Position numbers and translations under genes: made by a program. The notes under the pieces are model-generated. The model was not told the origin of the DNA. It was given only the letters and a program-made list of their open reading frames with translations, and made no database searches. From Octopus vulgaris (Eukaryota), in contig OX597826.1 in NCBI GenBank assembly GCA_951406725.2, positions 31,186,001 through 31,250,000 on the forward strand: 64,000 bases of DNA, read 5' to 3'. Shown piece by piece: positions 12,343 to 27,582 of the stretch. Every line of letters begins with the position of its first letter. The stretch's first letter is position 1.

Positions 12343-12590
12343 TGTATGTATGTATTATGCGTGCGCCTGTATGCGCGCACGCGTCTTATACGTTTTCCCC
12401 CGCTTGACAACTGCTGTTGATTTCCTTGCGTCTCTCTAATCTATTGGTTCGACAAGACTCCGATTCAAAAAGTACCAAAATAAGTACCAAGAATCGATTT
12501 GTTCGACTAAGCCCTTCAAGGCAGTGCCCCAGCATGAGTGCAGTCTTCTGACCACGGCCAGTAAAAGGTTAAAAGAATCAAAAGACAAAA
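12200..12590 (+). mobile_element. SINE family A, diverged and 5'-truncated
   Basis: GCTTGACAAC..TTCGACTAA..GTGCCCCAGCATG motifs. Confidence 0.65.
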
Positions 12591-13401
12591 GAATAAAAGA
12601 ATCCAAAGATTATTGCGTTTCCTGGAGGAAAAACGTGTTTGTTTCAGTACGAAATTCATAAGTTTACATAATTTATTTAGATCAACTTCAATAACATTCT
12701 TCGGTCGCTATGATTCCAATAATGACAATATTTGGTAACTCAGTATTGTATGAAACGCGCCGGAACATAATCAGGAAGAATGTCTCTCACACAGAAATGT
12801 TTATTTTTCATGAGTTTATTTAAAATATTTAGATCCAATTCCTGAAAAATATCCAAGCTTTCGGTAATACTTTGTAATTTTAGAATTTCTTTTGGGTTTT
12901 TTTTTTTTTTGTTATTGTTCATGGAAACAATTTAATATTTATTTAGGATCCTATAACTGTAGTTCCTTTATTGGCTCTAATTAGAAGCTCTCCTGTATCA
13001 AGACGACTACATCATCTATGTGCTCACATATTTCGTTAACTATATATACATATCTCATTTCCCTTCAACCATTTCTTTCCCATTTTCTTTTTTTTTTTTT
13101 TTTTTGCCCACGGAAGGCCACATGCATATTGTGAACGGTTTTGCAAAGTCCCACATCATTTGATGCTCCTGTGGCTAATACAATTATTATTCATTGTCAT
13201 TCTCTCTTCTTCTTGCGCCTCCTACTTTTCCAACCAATCCACCGAATATAGAGCCCCCACCCCACCCCAAAGTGAAAGGCGAAGTTGACCTTGACGGGAT
13301 TTGAAATCTAACTGTAAAGAGTTAGAACGACTATCATTACCTGATTTATTAAAAACAACAAGAAAAAGTTTCACACGTCTGTTCCTTTCTCCCATCTATC
13401 T

Positions 13402-13905
13402 ACACACACACACGCCATCACACACATATACACACCATCACACACACACACACACCATCACACACACACACACACACACCATCACACACACACAAACCAT
13501 CTCACACACAGACACACACACATACAATCACACCATCACACACACACACCATCACACATACCATCACACACACACCATCTCACACATAGACTCACATCAT
13601 CACACACACCGACTCACACATATACAATCACACCATCACACACACACATCATCAAGCACAGATACCATCACGCACACCATCACATATACCCCATCACACA
13701 CACCCCATCACACACACACCATCACACACACACACCATCACACACACACCATCATATACACACCATCTCACACACAGACTCACACACATACAATCACACC
13801 ATCACACACACATCATCACACACACACACACCATCACACACACAATCACACACATACACACACCATCATACACACCATCACACACGCACACGCACACACA
13901 CCATC
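13402..13905. repeat. (CA)n-CCAT degenerate minisatellite
   Basis: Repeated CACACACACCAT units. Confidence 0.93.
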
Positions 13906-14229
13906 AGACCAATCAATGGTAAACAAAGGACCTCTGATGAATGTCATCTTCCATATAAGGCTGAATCACTCCATATTGTTTAATATGACTGTCATTTATT
14001 CTGTGTCATGTTTAATTATCTGAAGAACAATTAACTCAAACACCAACAAAAATAATTACATTCATTTTCGCGCCAATAATAACAATCGATGCATAATCGA
14101 TCAAAAGAGAGTTTTTTTGTTTTGTTTTGTTTTGTTTTTACTATGTGAGTAGGTGTTGAAACAATAGGATCAGCTCAAAATCGGATTGTTTAATAGACAT
14201 ACTTCGAGGTTTTATATATATATTTATAT

Positions 14230-14280
<51 letters not shown>

Positions 14281-14284
<4 letters not shown>

Positions 14285-14535
14285 CACATGGCCTAGTGGT
14301 TAGAGCAGTGGACTAGTGGTCGAGGGGTCGCAGGTTCGAATCTCAGACCGGGCGATGTGTATATTTATGAGTGAAAACACCTAAACTCCACGCGGTTCCG
14401 GCAGAAGGTAATGGTGAACTTCTGCTGACTCTTTCGCCACAACTTTCTCTCACTCTTTCCTCCTGCATCTTGCAGCTCACCTGCGACGGACCGGGAAACC
14501 GGCCCTATGAGCCAGGAATGGCTCAAGAAGGAATA

Positions 14536-14539
<4 letters not shown>
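14281..14539 (+). mobile_element. tRNA-derived SINE, family C
   Basis: A box TGGCCTAGTGG, B box GGTTCGAATCTC; body shared with 55643-55905. Confidence 0.85.
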
Positions 14540-14590
<51 letters not shown>

Positions 14591-14614
14591 CAGAACACGC
14601 AAACATACATATGT

Positions 14615-14787
14615 TTCTTAGAATCATAGCTTTAATTGAGGTGATGCCTTCAGATGCAAGGATAACTGTGTTTGGAATAAAAGAACTCCATTTAACGTTT
14701 AAAATGCGATGAAGGCATTTTTGGTGGAATTGTTCTAACAATTTAAAATGTCTTTCATAACATGTCCATGTTTCACAAAAATACAAC
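14615..14787 (-). mobile_element. RTE/BovB-clade LINE fragment (post-RT region)
   Basis: CETWTCYERHFKLLEQFHQKCLHRILNVKWSSFIPNTVIL..ITSIKAMIL is typical of the RTE ORF; bounded by microsatellites. Confidence 0.8.
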
Positions 14788-15030
14788 TTATATATATAAG
14801 CAATCATACCCTTGTGTGTGTGTGTATACATATGTGGGGGAGAGGCAAATATTTTTAAAAAACAAGAATAAACAACAAAAGTCAATTAGATGTACACAGC
14901 GAATGTATCAGACTGACGCTTACTGAAAGTTTTATACACACACACGCACGCACGCACGTTTATGTATTTGTTTCGCAAGATTCCAAAGGGGAAATCGTAT
15001 CTTGCGATAGATATTGTCATATTTCGGTCC

Positions 15031-15420
15031 TTTTACTCTTTTACTCTTTCACTTTTTTCAGTCATTTGACTGCGGCCATGCTGGAGCACCACCTTTAGTC
15101 GAGCAAATCGACCCCAGGACTTGTTCTTTGTAAGCCCAGTACTTATTCTATCGGTCTCTTTTGCCGAACCGTTAAGTGACGGGGACGTAAACACACCAGC
15201 ATCGGTTGTCAAGCAATGCTAGGGGGACAAACACAGACACACAAACACATACATATATATATATACTTATATACGACAGGCTTCTTTCAGTTTCCGTCTA
15301 CCAAATCCACTCACAAGGCATTGGTCGGCCCGGGGCTATAGCAGAAGACACTTGCCCAAGATGCCACGCAGTGGGACTGAACCCGGAACCATGTGGTTGG
15401 TTAGCACGCTACTTACCACA
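15031..15420 (-). mobile_element. tRNA-derived SINE, family A
   Basis: B-box-like GGTTCAGTCCC, CORE-like CTTGGGCAAGTGTCTT, internal CA/TA microsatellite, (AGTAAAAG)n tail; many copies in the window. Confidence 0.88.
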
Positions 15421-15463
15421 CGAAAATACCATCCCGAAATATAACTCTCTCTCTCTCTCTCTA

Positions 15464-15509
<46 letters not shown>

Positions 15510-15512
<3 letters not shown>

Positions 15513-16790
15513 GGGCTAGACAAAATAATGGAAACACCTTAAAATTTCAAACACATTTATTTTAAAATGGGGTAGGACCGCCTTTGGTAGTAATTACAGC
15601 TTGAATTCTACGAGGTATGGACTCGTACAAAGTTTGAATTGTTTCCAAAGGAATTTTTGTCCATTCTTCAGCTAAAACAGTCTCCAGTTCTTGTAGTGAT
15701 GATGGTGGAAGATATCGACTCCTTACTTGTTTTTCTAAAATGCACCATAAATGTTCAATAATATTGAGATCTGGGGGTTGTGGTGGCCAGATAAGATGTT
15801 CAACTTTACTAGAATATTCCTCGTGCCATTCAGTAACAACTTTAGCTGTGTGAATTGGTGCATTACCATCCTGAAAGATTGCTTTTCAATCTTTTCCCTC
15901 CAGAAACAGTTCCGCAACCATAGGATGAATTTGATCAGATAAAATGCTTAAATAGTATTGACTATTAATTCTGCCATGAAGGGAAACCATTGGCCCGGCG
16001 GATTTCCAAGATATAGCCCCTCGCCTATTATCACAGAGCCTCCTCCATTTTTAACAGTTGGAAAAAGGTAGTCTGAGTCAAATGCTTCTTTTGGCTGTCT
16101 CCACACGTATACCCGGCCGGTGGTCAGAAATAAGGTAAAGGATAACTTGTGCGAGAAAATAACATTCTTCCACTGTTCTAGGGACCAATTCTGTAGGTTT
16201 TTACTCCACTCTAAATGCTTTACAACGTTTACTTTTGAAAGTAGTGGTTTTCTGATTGCAGCCATCCCGTGAAATCCTGCTTTGAGCAGCTCCCGGCAAT
16301 CAGTTTTTGTGGAAACTGGGTTCTCGAGGTGGTCATTAAGCTCTGCAGTAATTTTGGGAGCTGTACTTTTGTCATCCTTTCTAATAATTCGCGTAAGAGT
16401 CAGACGGTCCCTATCTGAAAGTTTTGGTTTTCTTCCGGAGTTTTGTTTCGATGAGGAGGTTTTTCCTTCTTTCTCAAAGGCCGTCATTACTTTCGAGACA
16501 GTACTTCTTGATACACTAAACATTTCGGCTGTTTTCGTTACGCTAGTACCTGCCATACGAGCACCAATAATTTGACCTCTTTGAAAGTCCGATAGATCTG
16601 TCATTTTAATGAATTTTAATTACCTTTTTCTGATTATATCTGAAAAGAAGCAGCAATTTTAGCAAAACATATTAAGCAACACTAATAAATCAAAAAGCAT
16701 AAAAATAAACAAGCTTTTGACGGTTTTATAGTTATTTCAAAATTATGATGCTATGATGCTAGTTGTTTCCATTATTTTGTCCAACCGCTG
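15510..16790 (-). mobile_element. Near full-length Tc1-superfamily DNA transposon, DD36E spacing (Incomer-like)
   Basis: Imperfect TIRs of about 27-30 bp (CAGGGGCTAGACAAAATAATGGAAACA / TGTTTCCATTATTTTGTCCAACCGCTG), TA on both sides within a (TA)n tract, 1281 bp, transposase inside. Confidence 0.92.
15562..16604 (-). pseudogene. Disrupted Tc1-type transposase
   Basis: MTDLSDFQRGQIIG..GRKPKL..KNGGGSV, then a frameshift near 16020 into GAISW..IFQDGNAPIH..WPPQPPDLNIIEHLW..KGGPTPF*. In-frame TGA near 15887. The first and second catalytic Asp positions read H (IFSHK) and G (QDGN). Confidence 0.9.
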
Positions 16791-16856
<66 letters not shown>

Positions 16857-17289
16857 CATATATACATACATACATACATACAAGCATGGTAGAAAACATT
16901 GGACCTTGTTGAGTCACATTAGTAATTATCTTCCGATTAAAAATAAATACATACACACACACACACACACATTGCATGCATTATATACATATACATGCAC
17001 GAGCGAACATGTTAGTATGGTTGGCGATTTGTATCTCTTGTCCTATATTTCGAATCTCACCTCTTTTTAAGTTGCAGTCTCTAATAAAAGATGAGAGACA
17101 CACTTTTACTGCTTGATGGAATTGAAGAACTGAACAAGATTTGCTTCCTTGATGCCTCGGGGGAAAAACATCTTCGAACTTTCTGTCTGTCTGTTTATAT
17201 GATTATATGTTTGTGTATGTTGTTGCTTTGCCTTCATCATCTCTCTATGTGTGCGAGTGAGTGAGTGAGTGTGTTTGTGAGTGTGTACA

Positions 17290-17344
<55 letters not shown>

Positions 17345-18061
17345 GTGTATATCTATGTGTATATGATTGTATATATATGTATGTATATAAGTATGTATAT
17401 ATACGTGTATGTGTCCATATCTATCATCTGTCGTATCTGTCACTTGCATCTTAATCTATGTCAATCTGTCTCTTTTCCCCCTCAATCTCTCTCCCCTTTC
17501 CCTCTCTCTCCATTATTTATACACACATACACACACACACACACACACACTAAACTCTCGGAGCGTCAGTCCTTATCTATCTTTCGATCTACCAATTCCT
17601 CCATGAATCAATCAATCATCATTATTCAATAAACTTCGCAACTTCCCTTATCTTCCTATGTAGCTTAACCATGCTTTTCTCTATCACCCTCTTATCTTCT
17701 CTCCTTTTCCTGTTCTGTTTTCTTCTTCTTCTTCTTCTTCTTCTTCTTCTTCTTCTTCTTCTTCTTCTTCTTCTTTTTCCTCTTAAAATATGTTATTGCT
17801 GCTGCTCAGCTTCAGATCAACCCAGGATCAAGCCGAGGCTATTGAAAATTCCAATGGTGACCACCCCGTTTTTTTCTCGTACGTATCTGAGAATACTGTA
17901 TCCAATGTGCCCTTTCTACTTGAAGTCAGTAGAATGCCTGATTTAATAGTCATTTGGTAATTAATTTTATCAGGTCAAGCCCCCATGATGAACTTATAAC
18001 TCCCTCATTGACTCACCTATACGTACCTATATATGTGTGTGTAATTACATTAAATATACTC

Positions 18062-19218
<1,157 letters not shown>

Positions 19219-20793
19219 ATCTTCATTATTTGGTGTTGTTAGTCTACTTTTAGGAAACAAGGCATTTAATGATGGTGTGCCTCTGTACATTGAGTAGAGT
19301 CAATTTTATTTGCCATCGTAGAGTAAACTGGACTTCCAGTTATGCCTTAGCAGCTTCTTCAACCGGTGCTTAATAAAACTGCTTTGATGTCATTTGCAAC
19401 TTAATGAAACTGCTGAGATGAAATTTGCAACTTCATCTATACATACATTCATACATACATACATACATACATACATACATACATACATACATACATACAT
19501 ACATACATACATACATACATACATACATACATACATGTCTCATTCGAAAATAGTATTATATTAGTCAACTTCTTAGATATGATTCTTGACTTAGAGATTA
19601 GCATTTCCATAAGCTTAATGAGTCTTTACACTATGTCAATGTCCTATCTAATCACCCTAAACCCGTCCTTAATAGCATAGTTAAAGGTATTTCTATTTAA
19701 ATTTCTAACTTATCAGCTAATGAAGATGTTAATACTCACACCCTGTACTATAACCAGGTCGTCCGAAAGAGTGGCTTCCTTGAGAGGATTTCATTTATCT
19801 CTAACATTAGAGGGAAAACTAAACGAGGACTTCTTTTTCATTGTATTGATACTAAGTCCCCACCCGACATTTACTTCTCCACCTGCCAATACTCTCGAAC
19901 AAGCTCACCCCATTGCCAAAACTAGATCAGTATTCTCACCACCCCAGAGGTTGAATTAACTCCAACCTCCCCAAAACCATGCATGATCCTAAGACGTCTG
20001 AGGATAGAAAGCAGGATCATATGATTTGCATTCGTTTTCTCTTGAATTAAAATCTGCACCGAAACCCTTTTTCAAAATCTTAAACTCTGATTTCCTACTC
20101 CACCATATTACGCCAAATTGACATCTCTTTAATTAATAGTTTCTCTGATGTAATCTTCTATTGCACCTTTGCTCATATAAAACATTGTAATGTTCCTCAT
20201 CGTAGCAAAAATTCTATTGTCCTTTTTTCTCACCATACCTTTCTCCCCTCCTACTACTCCTACTCTCTTGCTTCGACGCTTATTTTTCTCCCACGCCTCT
20301 TTGTCTAGGCCTTTGGCTCTCTTCAACTGCTTTATTATCTGGAAACGACAACTTCGACCATCCACAAGATAACTGGCTACGCTTTCATCAGACAGGCTTT
20401 TAACTTTATCTTCTCTTTTTGTTCTTTGTATCTTGTCTTTATGGGGCCTTCTTCTTGTCTTGATTCTTAACTAAACCCTCTACCTCATTCTTTCCATATA
20501 CTTCCTTTCAATCTTAATATTTGTAAACTACTAAACGACACGCATTTGCCAACCTACTCTTCAAAAGGGAAACCGGAATTACCGTAATAATTTTATTTTG
20601 ATTAGTCCGAGGTTGCATACCTATGCACAAATTACCTGTAAATTATGGTTATTACGTAACTCTTAGTTTCTTGAAACAGCTGTCAAGATAAGAAATTACA
20701 TTCTGCCAATCCACTGCTAGATAAAATCCATAGTAATGAAAGATAATGCAGTAGTACATTTGTACTTATTATTATTATTATTATTATTATTAT

Positions 20794-20841
<48 letters not shown>

Positions 20842-20894
20842 AAGAAGAAGAAGTAGTAGTGGTGGTGGTGGTGGTGGTGGTGATAAGGAAACGA

Positions 20895-21050
20895 GTAGCA
20901 AAACCGTTAGCACGCCGGACAAAATGCTCAGCGCCATTTCTTCTGGCTTTAATCCCGCCGCGGTCTTCTTTGCTTTTCATCCTTTCGGAGTCGATAAAGT
21001 AAAGTACCAGTCAAGGGGTCGATGTAATTTCAGGCTTTTTGCAAAAGGAA
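20895..21050 (+). mobile_element. SINE family B, diverged
   Basis: CGTTAGCACGCCGGACAAAATGC..CATCCTTTCGGAGTCGATAAA. Confidence 0.7.
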
Positions 21051-21358
21051 AAAGTAGTAGTAGTAGTAGTAACATTAACGAAGCACAAATGTCATTCTGA
21101 CATGTTTTACTGAACGACATTTTAACTTGTTTCATATTTTATAAGCGCACCGCCGCCATTTTGGATGGGTTGTTATAGAGCGGAGCGGAGGGTGGGTTGG
21201 TGTGACTTTCTTAAAATCGATTTTCAAAATTTGTTGATAAAAATCAGTGAAAAATCATCATTTTTTTGAAAATTTACCAGATGACTTTAGCTCCTTACAT
21301 GCAATACACACATAGATAAAAACTGCGCATTCACACACACACACACCTGTTGTTTTAA

Positions 21359-21583
<225 letters not shown>

Positions 21584-21998
21584 TATCCATGTTTATATTT
21601 AAATACTATATATAATTACTCTAAAACGTATTCGTTTATTCCTTATATCAGATACACATTGATTTGTATATAAAATACACATTCAGATATTGTCCTTCAA
21701 TCTACCGTCTTCATACACGCGCGCGAGCGTGTGTAGAAGACACACCGTTCATTTTTCAGATGTGAGAGAGTGTATGTGTGTGTGTGGTGGAATGGTGAGT
21801 GGAGATGTTTAATTGCGTTCGAAAGAATTTCGGTACAGGTAGATGGGAAATAATACTCCGGTGTATATGTAGGTACACAAGGGAGTGGAGAAAGTATTGT
21901 TTCTTCTACGAGTAGAAGAAGTAGTGGGAAAATCTGTGTAATGGAGGTGAGTAAGTGTAAATGCGTGTTTGGGGAAATGGAAAAGAATAACGTTTGTG

Positions 21999-21999
<1 letters not shown>

Positions 22000-22037
<38 letters not shown>

Positions 22038-22132
22038 AGTAAAGAGTATATATATATGTGTGGGTGGGTGTAAGTATATACATATGTATGTGTGAGTATA
22101 TATATGTGTGTATGCGAGTATATATATATAAT

Positions 22133-22174
<42 letters not shown>

Positions 22175-22372
22175 AGTGTGTGCGTATGTGTGAGAGAGTA
22201 TATATATGTGGGGGGAAGAGTATATATATGCGTGTGTGGGGGGAGAATATATATATATATGTGTATATGTGCGTGTGAGTATATATATGTGTATGTGAGT
22301 ATATATATGTATGTGTGTTTATGTGTATGTGAGTATATGTATTTGTGTGTGTGATGTGTGTGTACGAGTCTG

Positions 22373-22405
<33 letters not shown>

Positions 22406-22550
22406 ATGTGTGTATCTATGTGTATGTATATATGTATGTGTGTGCATGTGTGTGAGTACATATGTGTATGTATATACGTGTATGTGTGTGTGTATATATA
22501 TATATCTATACGTGTGTATGTATATGTTTATATATATGTGAGTGTATGTG
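22000..22550. repeat. Compound TA/TG microsatellite
   Basis: Seen directly. Confidence 0.9.
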
Positions 22551-23379
22551 AGAATTCGATCGGGTGTGAGCTTATGACTGTGTGGTGATAAGGCGGATGT
22601 TTGCGGTAGATAAAACAGATAAAAAAAAATCTTTCAAAAGAAACAATGGCGTTTTCTCTGCGCATAGAGACACAAAAATACAAGGTATCAAAACTCTCTC
22701 CCACACATAAATGCATATACAAATGCGTGAGGATGCGGTGCGTAGAAACATATGCATAGAGCTGGGCTGGAGTAGGGGGTGCTTTCTGTTTCTGATTTTG
22801 TGGCTTTTTTGTTTTTTTTTATTTTCGTTTTCTTTTCTTTCTTCTCTATTTATGTAAAGTGAGAACCTTGATAAAACGAGAAATTATATCTCATTTCATG
22901 TACACGGTTTCCTTAAGGCATTGCATTAAACACACACACACACACACACACATGCATGCATATACATATTCTTGTATGTGTGTGTGAGTGCGTACGTGCG
23001 TGTGTGCGTGCTTGTTAGAGTATATGTGTAATGTGCAAATATGTGTACATAGATAAAAAGAAAGCTTTCCGAGTCGAATTCACTTTCTGAAATCCAGAAT
23101 CGTTTGAATCGTATTGCACCTGAGTATGCGCACTACAATACTTCCGCTATGGATGAGAGACTTCCTGTTATTTTTTTTTTTTGTTTTTTGTAGGACATTA
23201 TTTAACTAATATAGCGCCATAGAACATAAGATAAACCCTTGCTGAGATCAAATGAGGTCTTCCTCATACCTGGTTTTTAGAGGTGGTGAAGTTTGTTTTG
23301 AATAATAATCATTAAAAGACTGCTGATTACACTCACCAACCCACCCCTTTAAGTACCCGTTCCCACCACCAATTCAAAT

Positions 23380-23396
23380 ATGCATGTATGTGTGTG

Positions 23397-23431
<35 letters not shown>

Positions 23432-23462
23432 GTATGTATTTATATATATATATATACGTATG

Positions 23463-23505
<43 letters not shown>

Positions 23506-23630
23506 GTATGTATTTATATATATATATATATACGTATGTATTTATATATATATATATATATACGTATGTATTTATATATATATATATATACGTATGTATT
23601 TATATATATATATATATATACGTATGTATT

Positions 23631-23692
<62 letters not shown>

Positions 23693-23730
23693 TAGATAGA
23701 TAGATATGTTTATATATAGATATAGATATA
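23380..23730. repeat. (TA)n with higher-order CGTATGTATT units
   Basis: Seen directly. Confidence 0.92.
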
Positions 23731-23886
23731 TAGTTTTAAAAAGTATATAAAACAGAAGACAGAGACAGGTGTGGAAACAACAAACAAGATATATGAGTTT
23801 GACGCTCAGGAAAAATGGAAGTGTCTTTGACGTTTCGAACCTATGCTCTGCTGCAAAAAAGAATGAGGGAAGGAAACGGATATACA

Positions 23887-23923
<37 letters not shown>

Positions 23924-23924
23924 T

Positions 23925-24302
23925 ATTTGTTTCAGTCATTTGACTGCAGCCGTGCTGGAGTACAGCCTTTAGTCGAGTAAATCGAACCCAGGTTTTATTC
24001 TTTGTAAGCCTAGTACTTATTCTATCGGTCTCTTTTGCCGAACCGCTAAGTTATAGGGACGTAAACACACCAGCACCGGTTGTCAAGCGATGTTGAGGGA
24101 CAAACACAGACATACAAACATATATATATATATATATACACGACGGGCTTCTTTCAGTTTCCGTCTACCAAATCCACTCACAAGGCTTTGGTCGGCCCGA
24201 GGTTATTAGTAGAAGACACTTGCCCAGGATACCACGCAGTGGGACTGAACCCAGAATCATGTGGTTGGTGAGCAAGCTACGTACCATACAGCCACGCTTG
24301 CG

Positions 24303-24305
<3 letters not shown>
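23925..24305 (-). mobile_element. SINE family A, full length
   Basis: High similarity to 15031-15420 over its whole length. Confidence 0.88.
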
Positions 24306-24350
<45 letters not shown>

Positions 24351-25424
24351 TATATAGCGTGTGTGTGTGTGTGTATCTTTCAGCATAACCCCTATATTAT
24401 TGCTAATGATGATCATGATCACCACAAATGTTTCCACTACTACTACTACTACCTCTTTTGCCGCCACTATCATTGCCACCGTCACCACTACCACATTGCC
24501 GCCACCAACAGCGACATCGCCACCACCTCTACCACCACACCACGACTACCACCACCGAAAGTGTTAGTCTTCTTGTTTATTTAGCCCGAGGTCAGCTCCT
24601 AGTGGGACGAGCAAGCAGACAAATAGACAGACAGACAGACAGACCTATGATGGATGATATTCAAGATGTGCAGTTGAACGATAACTACTACAGCTACCAC
24701 CACCACTACAACTACTACTCGTGCTCACCAAAGCAATATTTGTGTCTCTAATGTTTTAACCCTACAGAAACTGGTGATTAAACTTCGGCGCTATGAACAT
24801 TCCGTGGTTTCTAAAAGGATTATCTTCTTTGTGGATATACTAGAAAGAAAAAAATTAAAATATAACTAAAACCAAAACAGTTAATCCATTCATTCAGTTT
24901 CAAGAACTCCGCCATAAGATGGCGACATAACTCCGTTGCTTGTACCCTGAAGAGTTCAAGATGAAGGGGAGACAAGTATATCTTTAAGATAAGAGACGGC
25001 TTTATCAAAGGTCGAGAAATGATAAAGATTTCAGATTTAATCTATCGAGACATTCACAGTTGACAGAAATAGACAAACATCTGGGAGCATGCATGCGCGT
25101 GAGAATTACAAGCTAAAATAATACGATATACGATCTCTCGAGCTAAGATGCTTCTAATAATGTATTCAAGTTGACTTAATCTTTGTGGATGCCTCTGTGT
25201 GTGTGAGAGAAAAAGAGAAAGGAGGCGGGTTATACGATAGGCGTCAATGGGTAGACGTGAGTTCGACAACCAGTATATTCTCTATTTTCTTTATTCGCTT
25301 TCGTTGTTTTTATTGTTGTTATAAACAAGATACTGTAAACTCAAAACACACAAAGCTACTCTCAGTTTTGCAGTGCAGAGCACACAATAACTTAGACTAC
25401 TGAATAATAAGAAGAATAATAATA

Positions 25425-26048
25425 CTTTCTACTAAAGGCACAAGACTGAAATTTGGTGGTGGGGGTTAATTGTCAATTACATCGACCCCAGTGTTTCACT
25501 GGTACTTAATTTATCGACTTCGAAAAGATGATAGGCAAAGTCGGCCTCGGAATAAATCGAACTCTGAACGTAAAGACGGACAAAATACCACTAAGCATTT
25601 TTTTTCTGGCGGGCTAACGATTCTGCCAGCTCGCCACCTTACGATACAATAACAATAACTGTAATCGTTTCTACTATAGGCACAAGACCTGAAATTCGGG
25701 GGGAAGGGTTAAATCGATTACATCGATCCCAGTACTCAACTGGTACTTAATTTATCGACCCCGAAAGGATGAAAGGCAAAGTCGACCTCGGCGGAATTTG
25801 AACTCAGAACGTAGCGATGGGTGAAATACCTATTTCTTTACTACCCACAAGGGGCTAAACACAGAGGGGACAAACAAGGACAGACAAACGGATTAAGTCG
25901 ATTATCTCGACCCCAGTGCGTAACTGGTACTTATTTAATCGACCCCGGAAGGATGAAAGGCAAAGTTGACCTCGGCGGAATTTGAACTCAGAACGTAGTG
26001 GCAGACGAAATACCGACGTGCTAACGTTTCCGCAAGCTCGCCGCCTTA
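25425..26048 (-). mobile_element. Two tandem SINE family B copies (monomer 25425-25640, duplicated form 25668-26048)
   Basis: Same family motifs. Confidence 0.88.
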
Positions 26049-26112
26049 ACAACACCAATAATAATAATGTGAACTTTCATGTAACAAGCACACTATTAAA
26101 CGAAATAATAAT

Positions 26113-26185
<73 letters not shown>

Positions 26186-27025
26186 TCTCACACACGACGC
26201 CAGTTTGTAGCGTCTACCTGACGGTTTTTAACGAAGCTAGGTTAGGACTGTTAGACACTATAAAGTTCACCTCATTTTATTTCGTCCACCATTATGTCTA
26301 ACACAATTTATCTCACAAAAGTCAAGGTCGTTTTCCTTTATTTTCCTTCCTCCACCTTTCTTGTTTTAATAAAGGATCAAATTTGTTGAAGTCCACTAAA
26401 ATGTTTGACCTCGATATTTTTTTTCCTATTAAAACGATATCATATGACCTAATAAAATTATTATCCGTAATAGAAGGGTTAAATATTCATGTCTAGACAT
26501 CACCTTATGTACATACATATATACAGGCACAGAAGGTCGTGAAGGGCCTTATAACTGGTCGCTTGACTTTTGGGAAATAGCAGTTAAATCTCCCTCTGAA
26601 TTACATGCTAAAGTTTTCTTTAAAAAGAAGTTGGATTCATTGAATAAGATAGTCGTGGAAAACAAAGAAAGGATATAATAAAATGGATTGTTCATGATTG
26701 ATTGGAATGCCTTATACGTTCTGTCTCCAGCATCAGTGTAACGTGAAGCCTAATAACGGCGAAGATATATGTTAATGCATATGTACGTACACACACACAT
26801 ACACATAACACATATGTAGACTCATAGAATTTGATATTTGAGCTGCAACTAGTAGCACACACACACATGTACATACATATAACCGACCGATGTCACATAT
26901 TTAATGAATGTATATTATTTATGCGCTTATTGGCTGCGGGACTCGTTCAGAGAAGAGTCTTTTTAAGACTTCGTTTATTAAAAAAACACTGAGCAACTCA
27001 AACCTAGCAACATGACGTCTTAAAG

Positions 27026-27364
27026 CGTAGGTTCTCAAAGTGGTCGCTACTGCCCCCTACCGGTGGGCGTTGAGAGAGTCCGGGTGGACGCTGGTGTCTA
27101 AGGGGGTGGTGCGGTGGGGCGGTAGAGAAAAAGGAAGCATTAGGAGGAAGGCAGTGGATTGTGGGAGACGCTATGAATTTATATTTTTTATAGTATTGTA
27201 TACAAATTATATGATATTATATTAAATATCAAATGATTCATGGTATATATAAATTAATAAAATATAAAATATTTATTTATACATAAAAATAGGGGTGGGA
27301 CGCTGAGGGTATTACGTGGTCATGAGGGGGTGGGGCGGTGGCTCAAAATGTTTGAAAACCTCTG
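27026..27364. mobile_element. hAT-type MITE
   Basis: Degenerate TIRs (..AGGTTCTCAAA / TTTGAAAACCTCTG) and an exact 8-bp TSD TCTTAAAG at 27018-27025 and 27365-27372. Confidence 0.8.
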
Positions 27365-27508
27365 TCTTAAAGGGACTTTTCACTGGTCGAATCGCGCAGC
27401 TATAAGCGCGTAATCAAAATACTTGCATTAAGAATGTGATATCGGTCATGTTTATATTACAGGAGCTGCTTCTAATTCAAAATTTAACATATATGCATGC
27501 GTGTGTGC

Positions 27509-27539
<31 letters not shown>

Positions 27540-27547
27540 TATTTGTA

Positions 27548-27582
<35 letters not shown>

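Noticed and set aside
13301-14023. 240-aa His/Thr-rich ORF
   Set aside because: It is the CA-based minisatellite; no splice or domain evidence.
14281-14350. tRNA genes at SINE heads (also 5572, 6962, 39451, 55850)
   Set aside because: A/B boxes continue into SINE bodies; no complete acceptor stem or terminator.
16282-16575. Plus-strand 97-aa ORF
   Set aside because: Antisense shadow of the transposase.
27448-27534. Candidate signal-peptide exon MFILQELLLIQ.. ending at GTAAGT
   Set aside because: Phase 0 whereas the 28255 exon needs phase 1, and half of it is (TG)n.
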